Shown here: positions 25,481-37,604 of the stretch, piece after piece
Layout of the letters: each line of letters starts with the position of its first letter
Numbering within the stretch: position 1 is the first letter of the stretch
Assembly: GCA_028826165.1 (NCBI GenBank)
Contig: JAPDFW010000102.1
Coordinates: forward strand, 1-64,000
Direction: 5' to 3'
DNA: 64,000 bases
From: Anaeramoeba ignava BMAN
Taxonomy: Eukaryota; Protista; Anaeramoebae
Translations under genes and position numbers: made by a program
Notes under the pieces: generated by a model
The model's input: the letters and a program-made list of their open reading frames with translations, nothing else
The model's database searches: none
What the model was told of the DNA's origin: nothing

Positions 25481-28480
25481 TTAATTAATTTGTATTTTTC
25501 TGTTATTTTTCTTTTGTTTCTTTTCGAGAAATGAAATGTAAATTAACTAAAGATTGTTCACCAGAAACTCCATAACGAATTGGAAATCCATAAAAACCTG
25601 TTCCTTTATGAACATAACAAAGATTATGATTTCTAACAAAAACCTATTTTAAAATTGATTTAAAATTGATATAAAATTGATTTAAAATTAATATAAAATT
25701 GATTTAAAATTAATTTAAAATTGATTTAAAATTGATTTAAAATTGATTTAAAATTGATTTAAATTTGATATAAAATTGATATAAAATTGATATAAAATTG
25801 ATTTAAAATTGATTTAAAATAGATATAAAATTGATATAAAATTGATTTAAAATTGATTTAAAATTGATTTAAAATTGATATAAAATTGATTTAAAATTGA
25901 TTTAAAATTAATATAAAATTGATATAAAATTGATTTAAAATTGATATAAAATTGATATAAAATTAATTTAAAATTGATTTAAAATTGATTTAAAATTGAT
26001 ATAAAATTGATATAAAATTGATTTAAAATTGATATAAAATTGATATAAAATTGATATAAAATTGATTTAAAATTGATATAAAATTGATTTAAAATTGATT
26101 TAAAATTGATATAAAATTGATATAAAATTGATATAAAATTGATTTAAAATTAATATAAAATAGATATAAAATAGATATAAAATTGATATAAAATTGATAT
26201 AAAATTGATATAAAATTGATATAAAATTGATATAAAATTGATTTAAAATTAATATAAAATAGATATAAAATAGATATAAAATTGATATAAAATTGATATA
26301 AAATTGATATAAAATTGATATAAAATTGATATAAATTTGTATACTCCTTGATCTAATGTTCCAAGTCCAAGAAGTGTAAAAGGAAGTCCAATAAAATTTA
26401 AACCAATATGACCACCATGTGTATGTCCAGAAAATGTTATTGATTTATCTTCATTTGGAATAAAGGGAAAATCTTGTGGATTATGTAATAAAATTATTCT
26501 AAGATCAACATCTTCTTCACAAACATTTTGTATACAATTTTGTTGGGTTTGTTGTTCTCGATTTCGAAAATAGAAATCTAATCCAACAATTTGAATTTTT
26601 AAAGAACCTAAAAATAAAATACATTTCAAATAAAAAATAGAAGAAAAAATATCCAAAAGAAATATTTTTACTAATTTTAATATTAACAGAAGAATCTTTG
26701 AGAATTTGAGCTCCAATTTCATTCAAAACTGTAATTTAATTTAATTTAATTTAATTTGGTTTGATTTGATTTAATTTAATTTGATTTGATTTAATTTGAT
26801 TTGATTTAATTTAATTGGATTTAATTTTAATTTGATTTGATTTAGTTTGATTTGAATTAATTTGATTTAATTTGGTTTGATTTAATTTAATTTAATTTAA
26901 TTTAATTTAATTGGATTTAATTTTAATTTGATTTAAATTAATTTAATTTGATTTAATTTTAATTTGATTTGATTTAATTTGGTTTAATTTAATTTAATTT
27001 GATTTAATTTAAATTAATTTGATTTAAATTAATTTGATTTAAATTAATTTGATTTAATTTGATTTAATTTAATTTAATTTGATTTAATTGGATTTAATTT
27101 GATTTTATTTGATTTAATTTGATTTAATTTAATTTGATTTAATTTAATTTAATTTGATTTAATTTGATTTAATTTGATTTAATTTTAATTTGATTTGATT
27201 TAGTTTGATTTAATTTAATTTGATTTGATTTAATTTTAATTTAATTTAATTTAATTTGATTTAAATTAATTTGATTTGATTTGATTTGATTTGATTTAAT
27301 TTAATTGGATTTAATTTTAATTTGATTTGATTTGATTTAATTTAAAATTAATTTGATTTAATTTTGTTTGATTTAATTTGATTTGATTTAATTAATTTAA
27401 TTTGATTTAATTTGATTTAAAATTAATTTTGAAAAAAAGAAAATAAAAGAAAAAAAATTTTTTCTTTTAGGGAAAATTTTTTTTTGTTATTTAAAATTAA
27501 AATAAACCTTCAACAGTTTCTTGTATCATTTCGTAATCATGATTTCCAAAACAAGCAAAAACTTTTCCTTTCATTTTTTTGAGAGGAGAAAATGCAGTTT
27601 TCATTCCAATAACTCCTTCTGTACTTTTTGTAACTTTTGTAAATAAATCGCCAGTTATTAGAACTAAATCTGGATTTCTTTCAACTGTTCTTTCACAAAT
27701 TTTCTTTAATCTTGGAACACTCATAAATAATCCTAAATGTGGATCTGTAATTTGAATAATTTTTATATCTTTCCAGTTTTTAAATGCATTTGATTTTTTC
27801 CTCATTTTCTGAATGAAATTTTGTTGAAGGAATTGATTTGCTTTTTTAGTTTTGTTTCCAAAACTTTTTCATTTGAAATTTAAAATCAAAATTAAAATTA
27901 TAATTTAATTTGAATATAAATATAATAATCACAATTGAGTTGGATCAAAAAATAAATCAACAACAGATTCAGAAGTAAATAAACTTTGAAAAGAACCAAT
28001 CAAAGCAGCAATAAAAAAAACAATAGCAATAATAAAAGAGAAGGATTTAGACTGAATAGATTTAATAAACAAAACTCTAAAAACCAAAATAGGAAGAAAA
28101 GAAAGAAGAGAAACTGAAGAAAAAATTCCACTTGGAATTGAAAGAAAAAAAACTGTCATTTTTGAAGGCATTTTCGATTTTGATAAAGAGAAAGATTGAA
28201 AAAAACTGGAAATAAATCCAAATATAAAAAGTGAATGAACCCAAAAAATCCAACGAATTCCTGAACCACAAATATCAAGTTTTGTTAGAAATTTTGTTGG
28301 AATCCATAAACATTTCTGTGATTCAAAAAATGGTTCAAAATAAAAATTATATTCAAATGTTGAAAATAAAAGTGCTAATGTATAATATCCATGTTCATAT
28401 AATCTTAATCTTTTTTTTCTTGCTCTAACAATTGCAAATATACTAATAGGAAGTGCAAGAGTTGAAAAAATTGAAATCAT
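25481..28480 (-). CDS. Membrane-anchored calcineurin-like metallophosphoesterase (YkuE/TMPPE-like)
   Basis: N-terminal transmembrane segments; QITDPHLG, LITGDL, FGNHDY, LLHNP, SGHTHGGH, YVHKGTGFYGFPIRYG. Four introns, including 26729-27507 and 25644-26344. Confidence 0.88.
25644..26344 (-). repeat. Intron composed of a 12-nt (AAAATTGATWTA on +) minisatellite
   Basis: Tandem units between minus-strand GT (26344) and AG (25644). Confidence 0.85.
26729..27507 (-). repeat. Intron composed of 5-nt TTTAA/TTTGA repeats
   Basis: Tandem pentamer array inside a GT-AG intron. Confidence 0.8.
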
Positions 28481-28529
28481 AGAATTAAAAAAAATGAAAA
28501 AAAGGAAATGAAAAAATGAAAAAATATTT

Positions 28530-31430
28530 TTTGTTAAAATTATTTTTAAATTAAATTTTAAATTAAATATTAAATTAAAACTATTAAAAAACTTGAATAA
28601 AAATTATCAAAATAATTTAATTTATAAAATATAAAAATTTAAATCTATTTTTATTTATACTTAATTAATAATTTATTTTAAAATTATTTTTAAATTAAAT
28701 TTCAAATTAAATATTAAATTAAAATTATTAAAAAAATTGAATAAAAATTATCAAAAAAATTTGATTTATAAAATATAAAAATTTAAATATATTTTTATTT
28801 ATAATTAATTAATAATTTATTTATAAATTATTTTTAAATTAAATTTTAAATTAAATATTAAATTAAAATTATTAAAAAGTTGAATAAAAATTATCAAAAT
28901 AATTTGATTTATAAAATATAAAAATTTAAATCTATTTTTATTAATAATTAATTAATATTTTATTTATAAATTATTTTTAAATTAAATTTCAAATTAAATA
29001 TTAAATTAAAATTATTAAAAAGTTGAATAAAAATTATCAAAAATTTAATTTATAAAATATAAAAATTTAAATATATTTTTATTAATAATTAATTAATAAT
29101 TTATTTTAAAATTATTTTTAAATTACATTTTAAATTAAATACTAAATTAAAATTATTAAAAATTGAATAAAAATTATCAAAATAATTTAATTTAAAAATA
29201 TAAAAATTTAAATCTATTTTTATTTATAATTAATTAATAATTTATTTTAAAATTATTTTTAAATTAAATTTTAAATTAAATACTAAATTAAAACTATTAA
29301 AAACTTGAATAAAAATTATCAAAAATTTGATTTAAAAATATAAAAATTTAAATCTATTTTTATTTATACTTAATTAATATTTTTGTTAAAATTATTTTTA
29401 AATTAAATTTCAAATTAAATATTAAATTAAAATTATTAAAAATTGAATAAAAATTATCAAAAATTTGATTTATAAAATATAAAAATTTAAATCTATTTTT
29501 ATTTATAATTAATTAATATTTTATTTTAAAATTATTTTTAAATTAAATTTTAAATTAAATATTAAATTAAAATTATTAAAAAGTTGAATAAAAATTATCA
29601 AAATAATTTAATTTATAAAATATAAAAATTTAAATCTATTTTTATTTATAATTAATTAATATTTTATTTATAAATTATTTTTAAATTAAATTTCAAATTA
29701 AATATTAAATTAAAATTATTAAAAAGTTGAATAAAAATTATCAAAATAATTTGATTTATAAAATATAAAAATTTAAATCTATTTTTATTTATACTTAATT
29801 AATAATTTATTTATAAATTATTTTTAAATTAAATTTCAAATTAAATACTAAATTAAAATTATTAAAAAGTTGAATAAAAATTATCAAAATAATTTAATTT
29901 ATAAAATATAAAAATTTAAATCTATTTTTATTTATACTTAATTAATATTTTTGTTAAAATTATTTTTAAATTACATTTCAAATTAAATATTAAATTAAAA
30001 TTATTAAAAAGTTGAATAAAAATTATCAAAATAATTTGATTTATAAAAATATAAAAATTTAAATCTATTTTTATTTATAATTAATTAATAATTTATTTAT
30101 AAATTATTTTTAAATTAAATTTTAAATTAAATATTAAATTAAAATTATTAAAAACTTGAATAAAAATTATCAAAATAATTTAATTTATAAAATATAAAAA
30201 TTTAAATCTATTTTTATTTATAATTAATTAATAATTTATTTTAAAATTATTTTTAAATTACATTTTAAATTAAATATTAAATTAAAATTATTAAAAATTG
30301 AATAAAAATTATCAAAAATTTAATTTAAAAATATAAAAATTTAAATCTATTTTTATTTATACTTAATAAATAATTTATTTATAAATTATTTTTAAATTAA
30401 ATTTCAAATTAAATATTAAATTAAAATTATTAAAAAGTTGAATAAAAATTATCAAAAATTTAATTTATAAAATATAAAAATTTAAATCTATTTTTATTTA
30501 TAATTAATTAATGTTTTTGTTAAAATTATTTTTAAATTAAATTTCAAATTAAATATTAAATTAAAATTATTAAAAAAATTGAATAAAAATTATCAAAAAA
30601 AATTTAATTTATAAAATATAAAAATTTAAATCTATTTTTATTAATAATTAATTAATAATTTATTTTAAAATTATTTTTAAATTAAATTTTAAATTAAATA
30701 CTAAATTAAAATTATTAAAAAGTTGAATAAAAATTATCAAAATAATTTAATTTATAAAATATAAAAATTTAAATATATTTTTATTTATAATTAATTAATA
30801 TTTTTGTTAAAATTATTTTTAAATTAAATTTCAAATTAAATATTAAATTAAAATTATTAAAAATTGAATAAAAATTATCAAAAAAATTTAATTTATAAAA
30901 ATATAAAAATTTAAATATATTTTTATTTATAATTAATTAATAATTTATTTATAAATTATTTTTAAATTAAATTTCAAATTAAATATTAAATTAAAATTAT
31001 TAAAAAGTTGAATAAAAATTATCAAAATAATTTGATTTATAAAATATAAAAATTTAAATCTATTTTTATTTGTAATTAATTAATAATTTATTTATAAATT
31101 ATTTTTAAATTAAATTTCAAATTAAATACTAAATTAAAATTATTAAAAAGTTGAATAAAAATTATCAAAATAATTTGATTTATAAAATATAAAAATTTAA
31201 ATATATTTTTATTTATAATTAATTAATAATTTATTTATAAATTATTTTTAAATTAAATTTCAAATTAAATATTAAATTAAAATTATTAAAAAACTTGAAT
31301 AAAAATTATCAAAATAATTTGATTTATAAAATATAAAAATTTAAATATATTTTTATTTATAATTAATTAATATTTTATTTATAAATTATTTTTAAATTAC
31401 ATTTCAAATTAAATATTAAATTAAAATTAT
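28530..31430. repeat. Satellite array C, ~138-144-bp AT-rich unit (mode ~143), 20 copies
   Basis: Anchor TTGAATAAAAATTATC occurs 20 times from ~28593 to ~31295; fills the whole divergent intergenic region. Confidence 0.95.
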
Positions 31431-31455
31431 TTTCATTTTTTCATTTTTTCATTTC
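31431..31455 (+). promoter_or_regulatory. Triple TTTCATTT initiator-like element directly after array C
   Basis: tttcattttttcattttttcatttc, ~16 nt before the ATG at 31472. Confidence 0.6.
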
Positions 31456-31471
31456 AAATTATTTTAAAAAA

Positions 31472-33361
31472 ATGTCACAACAAAATAATAATAATAATTC
31501 TAATCAATTAAGAGTATATAAAATAGGAGTTTTAGGAGAAGGTTATACAGGAAAATCAACATTTATAATTCAATATATAGAAAGGAGATTTATAAGAGAA
31601 GAAGAATATCTATTTTTTTATGATCCATTAAGAAAACAAACAGAAATGGATAAAGAAAGAATTATAGTTCAATTATATAAAAATCCACCACAAGAAGAAC
31701 ATGCCATTTTACCAATTAATGCGACAATAAGAGCAAATGATGGATTTATTATTATGTATTCAATAGCAAATAGAAGAAGTTTTGATGAAGTTCCAATTTT
31801 GATTGAAAATGTTTTAAGAGGAAAAGATGTTGATTCTTTTCCAATCTTTGTTGTTGGAAATAAAATTGATTTGGAAAATGAAAGACAAGTTACAAAAGAA
31901 GAAGCTGAAGATTTTTGTATTGACAAAAAAATACCTTTTATGGAATTGGATTGTCATAATTATGAGCAAGTTGAATCAGTTGTTATTCAATTATGTAAAT
32001 TGATGAAAAATTGGGATCATATTATTGAAACGGAAGAAAGAAAAAAGAAAAAGAAATGGTTAAGGAAATTATTAGTTCCCAAAAAGGAATGTGAATTACC
32101 TGATGAATTTACTCTTCCTTCTATTGATATTCAACAAAGCTCTTTCCAATTTGATTATGATAAGATTTTCCAAGATAAAATCAATACTGATGTTAAATTT
32201 AGTTTTGTTGATAATTCAAATAATCAAGGTTATTCATCATTTGATGCTCATCAAGCTATTCTTGCTTCAAGATGTTTTACATTTGGTAAAATTTTCAGAG
32301 GATTAAAAGAAAATAAACTTGAAGAAGTTCAACAAACTTGCAACAGCGTTAATTTGAAATTGATTGAAAATAAAGGAGAAATACTTACTCTTTCAACTGA
32401 ATATTTCTCGATTCAATCTTTTTATTCAATGATAAGATTTTTATATTCAGCAATTATTGATGAAGAAGTGAAAAAAAGTGTTAAATTATCAAATGATTTA
32501 CTTTCAATTTCACAAACTTTCAAAATTGATAGTTTGAAAAATATTATGAATAAGAATATTTCAATTTTGGATTTGCAAGATAAATTGAAAGAAAAAAGAG
32601 AAAATGAGAAAGAAATATTAACACAAATTTCAGATTTGGAAAATCAAATTTCAGAATTACTTTCAAATGAAATTATAACAATGTCAAATCGATTTGCAAT
32701 GCTTCTTAGAAAATCACCATTTAGTGATTTCAGAATTATAATCAAAGAAGATGAAAAAGCAAGAGAAAGAAGATTCTTTGTTCATTCACCAATTCTTTCA
32801 CAAAGATGTGAATATTTTCAATTAGTTCTTCGAAATGAAATGATGGAAAAAAAGAAAGAAGAAATATTACTTTCTGATATTAGTTTTGATTCCTTTTTAC
32901 TTGCTATTGAATATATTTATTCAGATAGATTCTTGCCACCAAATCTCACTTCAGCAAAACAAAGTGGAAATACAAAACAAATTATTCAAGCTAATAAAAT
33001 TATGTTGGAACTTCTTATTATTTGTGATTATTTCCAAATTCCAAGACTTCATCAATTATGTCAAAAGGATTTAATGGAAAATCTTCATGAAGATATGTTT
33101 GTTTTTGCTTTAAATGTTTCAAGTCAATGTAATGCTCAAATTCTTGAAGAATTTTGTACAATTCAAATTGGCAAAAATTTCCAAAAATTCAAAAAAGATC
33201 CTCAATTTAAAAATTATTTAGATCAAGAACAAAAAGATCAAATTAAAAAATATCAATTTCCTCCTGAAAATTATATTAAATATCACAAGAAATTTAAAGT
33301 TAAATTAGCAAAAAAATTTGGACTTATTGAAAAAGAAGATGAAAGATTAAAGAAAAATTAA
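31472..33361 (+). CDS. Ras-like GTPase fused to two BTB/POZ domains (RhoBTB-like architecture)
   Basis: YKIGVLGEGYTGKS (G1), YDP (G2 region), GFIIMYSI, VGNKIDL (G4); BTB1 TDVKF..AHQAILASRC; BTB2 SDFRII..FVHSPILSQRCEYF. Confidence 0.88.
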   Translation: MSQQNNNNNSNQLRVYKIGVLGEGYTGKSTFIIQYIERRFIREEEYLFFYDPLRKQTEMDKERIIVQLYKNPPQEEHAILPINATIRANDGFIIMYSIANRRSFDEVPILIENVLRGKDVDSFPIFVVGNKIDLENERQVTKEEAEDFCIDKKIPFMELDCHNYEQVESVVIQLCKLMKNWDHIIETEERKKKKKWLRKLLVPKKECELPDEFTLPSIDIQQSSFQFDYDKIFQDKINTDVKFSFVDNSNNQGYSSFDAHQAILASRCFTFGKIFRGLKENKLEEVQQTCNSVNLKLIENKGEILTLSTEYFSIQSFYSMIRFLYSAIIDEEVKKSVKLSNDLLSISQTFKIDSLKNIMNKNISILDLQDKLKEKRENEKEILTQISDLENQISELLSNEIITMSNRFAMLLRKSPFSDFRIIIKEDEKARERRFFVHSPILSQRCEYFQLVLRNEMMEKKKEEILLSDISFDSFLLAIEYIYSDRFLPPNLTSAKQSGNTKQIIQANKIMLELLIICDYFQIPRLHQLCQKDLMENLHEDMFVFALNVSSQCNAQILEEFCTIQIGKNFQKFKKDPQFKNYLDQEQKDQIKKYQFPPENYIKYHKKFKVKLAKKFGLIEKEDERLKKN

Positions 33362-33418
33362 TTTTGAAAAAACGAAAAAACAAAAATCATTTTTTTTCTT
33401 TTTTTTTCTTTTTCAAAA

Positions 33419-35161
33419 ATGAATGAAATTTTATTTTTTGGTGAAAATAAATCTCCAAAACTTTTCAAAAATGAACCAGATTCAATAATAAAACCAATTC
33501 AATTTAAATTTGAAAATGAAAATGAAAATAAAAATGAAAAACAAATTAAACAAATTTCATCAGGTTATTCAATAATTTTCCTTTTTAAAAATGGAAAAGC
33601 AATAGAATATTTAAAAGAAGATGAAAATCCTGAAAAAATTCAAATTGAAAATATTCAAAAAGTAACTGTTGGTTATTACAATGAAGCTATTTTAACAATA
33701 GAAGGAAATGTATTTGCCAAAGGATTAAATATTAATTCAATAAAACGAAATGAATTTATCAATATTTCATCATTAATTGAAGATACAAATGATAGAATAA
33801 TTGAAAATGTTGTTTGTTCTGCTCAATCAGTTTACTTATTAACTTTAAATCAAAATGTTTATGGAATTGGTTCAAATGGAAATTATCAACTTGGTTTAGA
33901 CTATAAAAAACTTCAAAGAACAGAAAAACCAATTTTAATGATGAAAAATGTTTCTAAAATATTTTCAGGAGTTATCTCTTATCATCTTTTTCTTTTAAAT
34001 TCAAATCAAGAATTATTTTGTTGCGGTTGGAATAATCATGGTCAACTTGGATTAGGTGAATCAAGAAAAGAAGATAAAATAAATAAAGTAACCCAAATCC
34101 AAAATATTCCAAAAGGCAAAATAATTGATATTCAATGTGGGAATTCCCATTCAATAATGTTGATTGAATTTCAAGGAAAAAGAAAATTTTATTCAACCGG
34201 AAATTATCAAACTAATGGACTTGGCAAAGATGAAGATAAAGATACTTATGAATTTACTGAAATTAAATCAACTTTATTTGAAAATGATGATAATATTATT
34301 CATTTTTCTGTTGGATATGAGCATACTTTGATTCTAACATCCAAATCAAAATTGATAGGTTTTGGAAGTAATGGTGTTGGTCAATTAGGAACTGAAGATC
34401 GAAATAAACAAAGAATTCCAATTAAAATTGAACTTCCTAAATTAAGATTTAATGAAAATATTTCCAATTATCATGTTTATTGTGGAGATGAAAACTCATT
34501 TCTTTATTATTCTCCTTTTCTTTCTTTTTCCAATCTTGAAGAAGATTTGATAAAATTATTTGAAAGAAAAGAATTTTGCAATATTTCATTTAAAACAGAA
34601 AATGGAGAAATAATTGAAGCTCATAAATTAATATTGAAATATAGATTAAATCAAAATCAAAATGAAATTGAAAAACTTCAAGAAATTATTTCAAAAAAAT
34701 CAATTCAAGAATCAAATCAAATATTTGAAATGATTTATTCAAACAGAATAATAAATCCAATATTATATTCCGAAATTAAAGGAATTATAAATTCAAATGA
34801 AAAAATTGAAGAAACAATGAAAAGAATTTATTTAAATGAAAATGAAAAAGATTTTATTATTGAAAGAAAAGAAAAACAATATAAATTTCCTAAATTAATA
34901 TTAATAATGAGAAGTGAATTATATCGAGGAATGTTTTTATCTGTAACTGAAGACAAATCTAATAAAGTTACAGATTATAGTGAATTAAGTAATAAATCAT
35001 TTCAATTATTAGAATATTGGATTTATTCAAATCAAATTAAAGATGGAATTAAAATTACAGAGCAAACCATTGATGAACTTGAAAGAGGAATTGATTATTT
35101 TCAATTAAATCAAACATATCCAAATTTATTTGATTTATTAATTAACAAATTTAATAATTAA
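33419..35161 (+). CDS. RCC1-repeat + C-terminal BTB-like protein (paralog 1)
   Basis: GxNxxxQLG and G-x-x-H(S/T) RCC1 blades; AHKLILKYR and KLILIMRSELYRGMF BTB-like segments. Confidence 0.88.
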   Translation: MNEILFFGENKSPKLFKNEPDSIIKPIQFKFENENENKNEKQIKQISSGYSIIFLFKNGKAIEYLKEDENPEKIQIENIQKVTVGYYNEAILTIEGNVFAKGLNINSIKRNEFINISSLIEDTNDRIIENVVCSAQSVYLLTLNQNVYGIGSNGNYQLGLDYKKLQRTEKPILMMKNVSKIFSGVISYHLFLLNSNQELFCCGWNNHGQLGLGESRKEDKINKVTQIQNIPKGKIIDIQCGNSHSIMLIEFQGKRKFYSTGNYQTNGLGKDEDKDTYEFTEIKSTLFENDDNIIHFSVGYEHTLILTSKSKLIGFGSNGVGQLGTEDRNKQRIPIKIELPKLRFNENISNYHVYCGDENSFLYYSPFLSFSNLEEDLIKLFERKEFCNISFKTENGEIIEAHKLILKYRLNQNQNEIEKLQEIISKKSIQESNQIFEMIYSNRIINPILYSEIKGIINSNEKIEETMKRIYLNENEKDFIIERKEKQYKFPKLILIMRSELYRGMFLSVTEDKSNKVTDYSELSNKSFQLLEYWIYSNQIKDGIKITEQTIDELERGIDYFQLNQTYPNLFDLLINKFNN

Positions 35162-35600
35162 AATTAAAATTAAAATTAAAATTAAAATTAAAATTAAAAT
35201 TAAAATTAAAATCTAAATTAAAATCAAAATTAAAATTTTGAGAATTTTCTTTTAAAAAAAAGAGATCAAAAGAAAATAAAAAGAAATTTATAAAGAATTC
35301 TAAATTAAAATTAATTTAAATTTTTGAAATAAAATTGATTTAAAAAGAAAAAAGAGAAAAAGAGAAAAAAACTCAAAAAAAAAAGAAATTATTCATAAAT
35401 TAATCATAAATTAATAAAAAAAAGAAAATAAAAGCAAAAAAAATTAATTTGATTAAATTCATTCTTTTTCTTTTTTTTTTTTTTTTATTTTTGATTTTCA
35501 ATTCTTTTTAAAAAATTTTGTAAGAAGAAAGAAAAAAATTCCAATTTATCCAAAAAATAAAAAATTTTAATCTTTTTATTTCTTTTTAAATTCTTTTTAG

Positions 35601-36744
<1,144 letters not shown>

Positions 36745-36884
36745 ATCTCAATCTAAATCAAAAATCAATTTCCAAAATCAATTTCAAAAACAATTTTCAA
36801 AATCAAATCCAAATCAAATTCTTTTTTCTTTTTTCTTTTTTTTTTAAAAAAATTGAAAAAGTAAAATTCCAATTCAAAATCAAA

Positions 36885-37425
36885 TTTTTAAATATTTAGA
36901 ATTAAGTTTAAAAATATTTAATTAATTTTATTATTAAATTATTATTTTTAAAAATAAAGTTTTGATTTATTATTTAATTTAGAATTAAGTTTTAAATTAT
37001 TAAAATATTTTGATTTAATTTATATCAAATTTTTAAATAGTTTTGATTTAATATTTAATTTAGAATTAAGTTTAAAAATATAATTTTATTATTAATTTTA
37101 TTATTAATTTATTATTTTGTAATTTAAATTTAATTATATTTTGTTATTAAATATTTTGATTTAATTTATATCAAATTTTTAAATAGTTTTGATTTATTTA
37201 ATTTAGAATTAAGTTTAAAAATATAATTTATTATTAATTTTATTATTAATTTAATATTTTTAATTTAAAATTAATTATATTTTGTTAATAAATATTTTGA
37301 TTTAATTTATATCTAATTTTTTAAATAGTTTTGATTTAATATTTAATTTAGAATTAAGTTTAAAAATATAATTTATTTTTAATTTTATTATTAATTTAAT
37401 ATTTTTTAATTTAAATTTAAATTAA
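36885..37425. repeat. Satellite array D, ~144-bp unit, ~3 full copies plus partial copies
   Basis: TAGAATTAAG at 37061, 37204 and 37349; partial copies at ~36897 and ~36980. Confidence 0.82.
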
Positions 37426-37604
37426 AATTTGTTTTTTTCATTTTTTCATTTTTTTCTTTTTTTAAAAAGTAAAAATAATTAATTTTATTTTAATAAATTT
37501 ATTCGGAATATAAAATAGAAATTAAAATAATGTAAAATAATAATTTAAAACTAATTTTAATCCTTTTATTTTTTTTGTTATTTTTTAAAAAAAAAAAAGC
37601 AAAA

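Noticed and set aside
26607-26672. Apparent non-canonical (GA) donor in the metallophosphoesterase gene
   Set aside because: A canonical GTAAAA donor a few codons upstream restores the frame.
20545-31430. Arrays as CRISPR loci or transposons
   Set aside because: Units are contiguous near-identical repeats with no unique spacers, no cas or transposase genes and no terminal inverted repeats; the context is eukaryotic.
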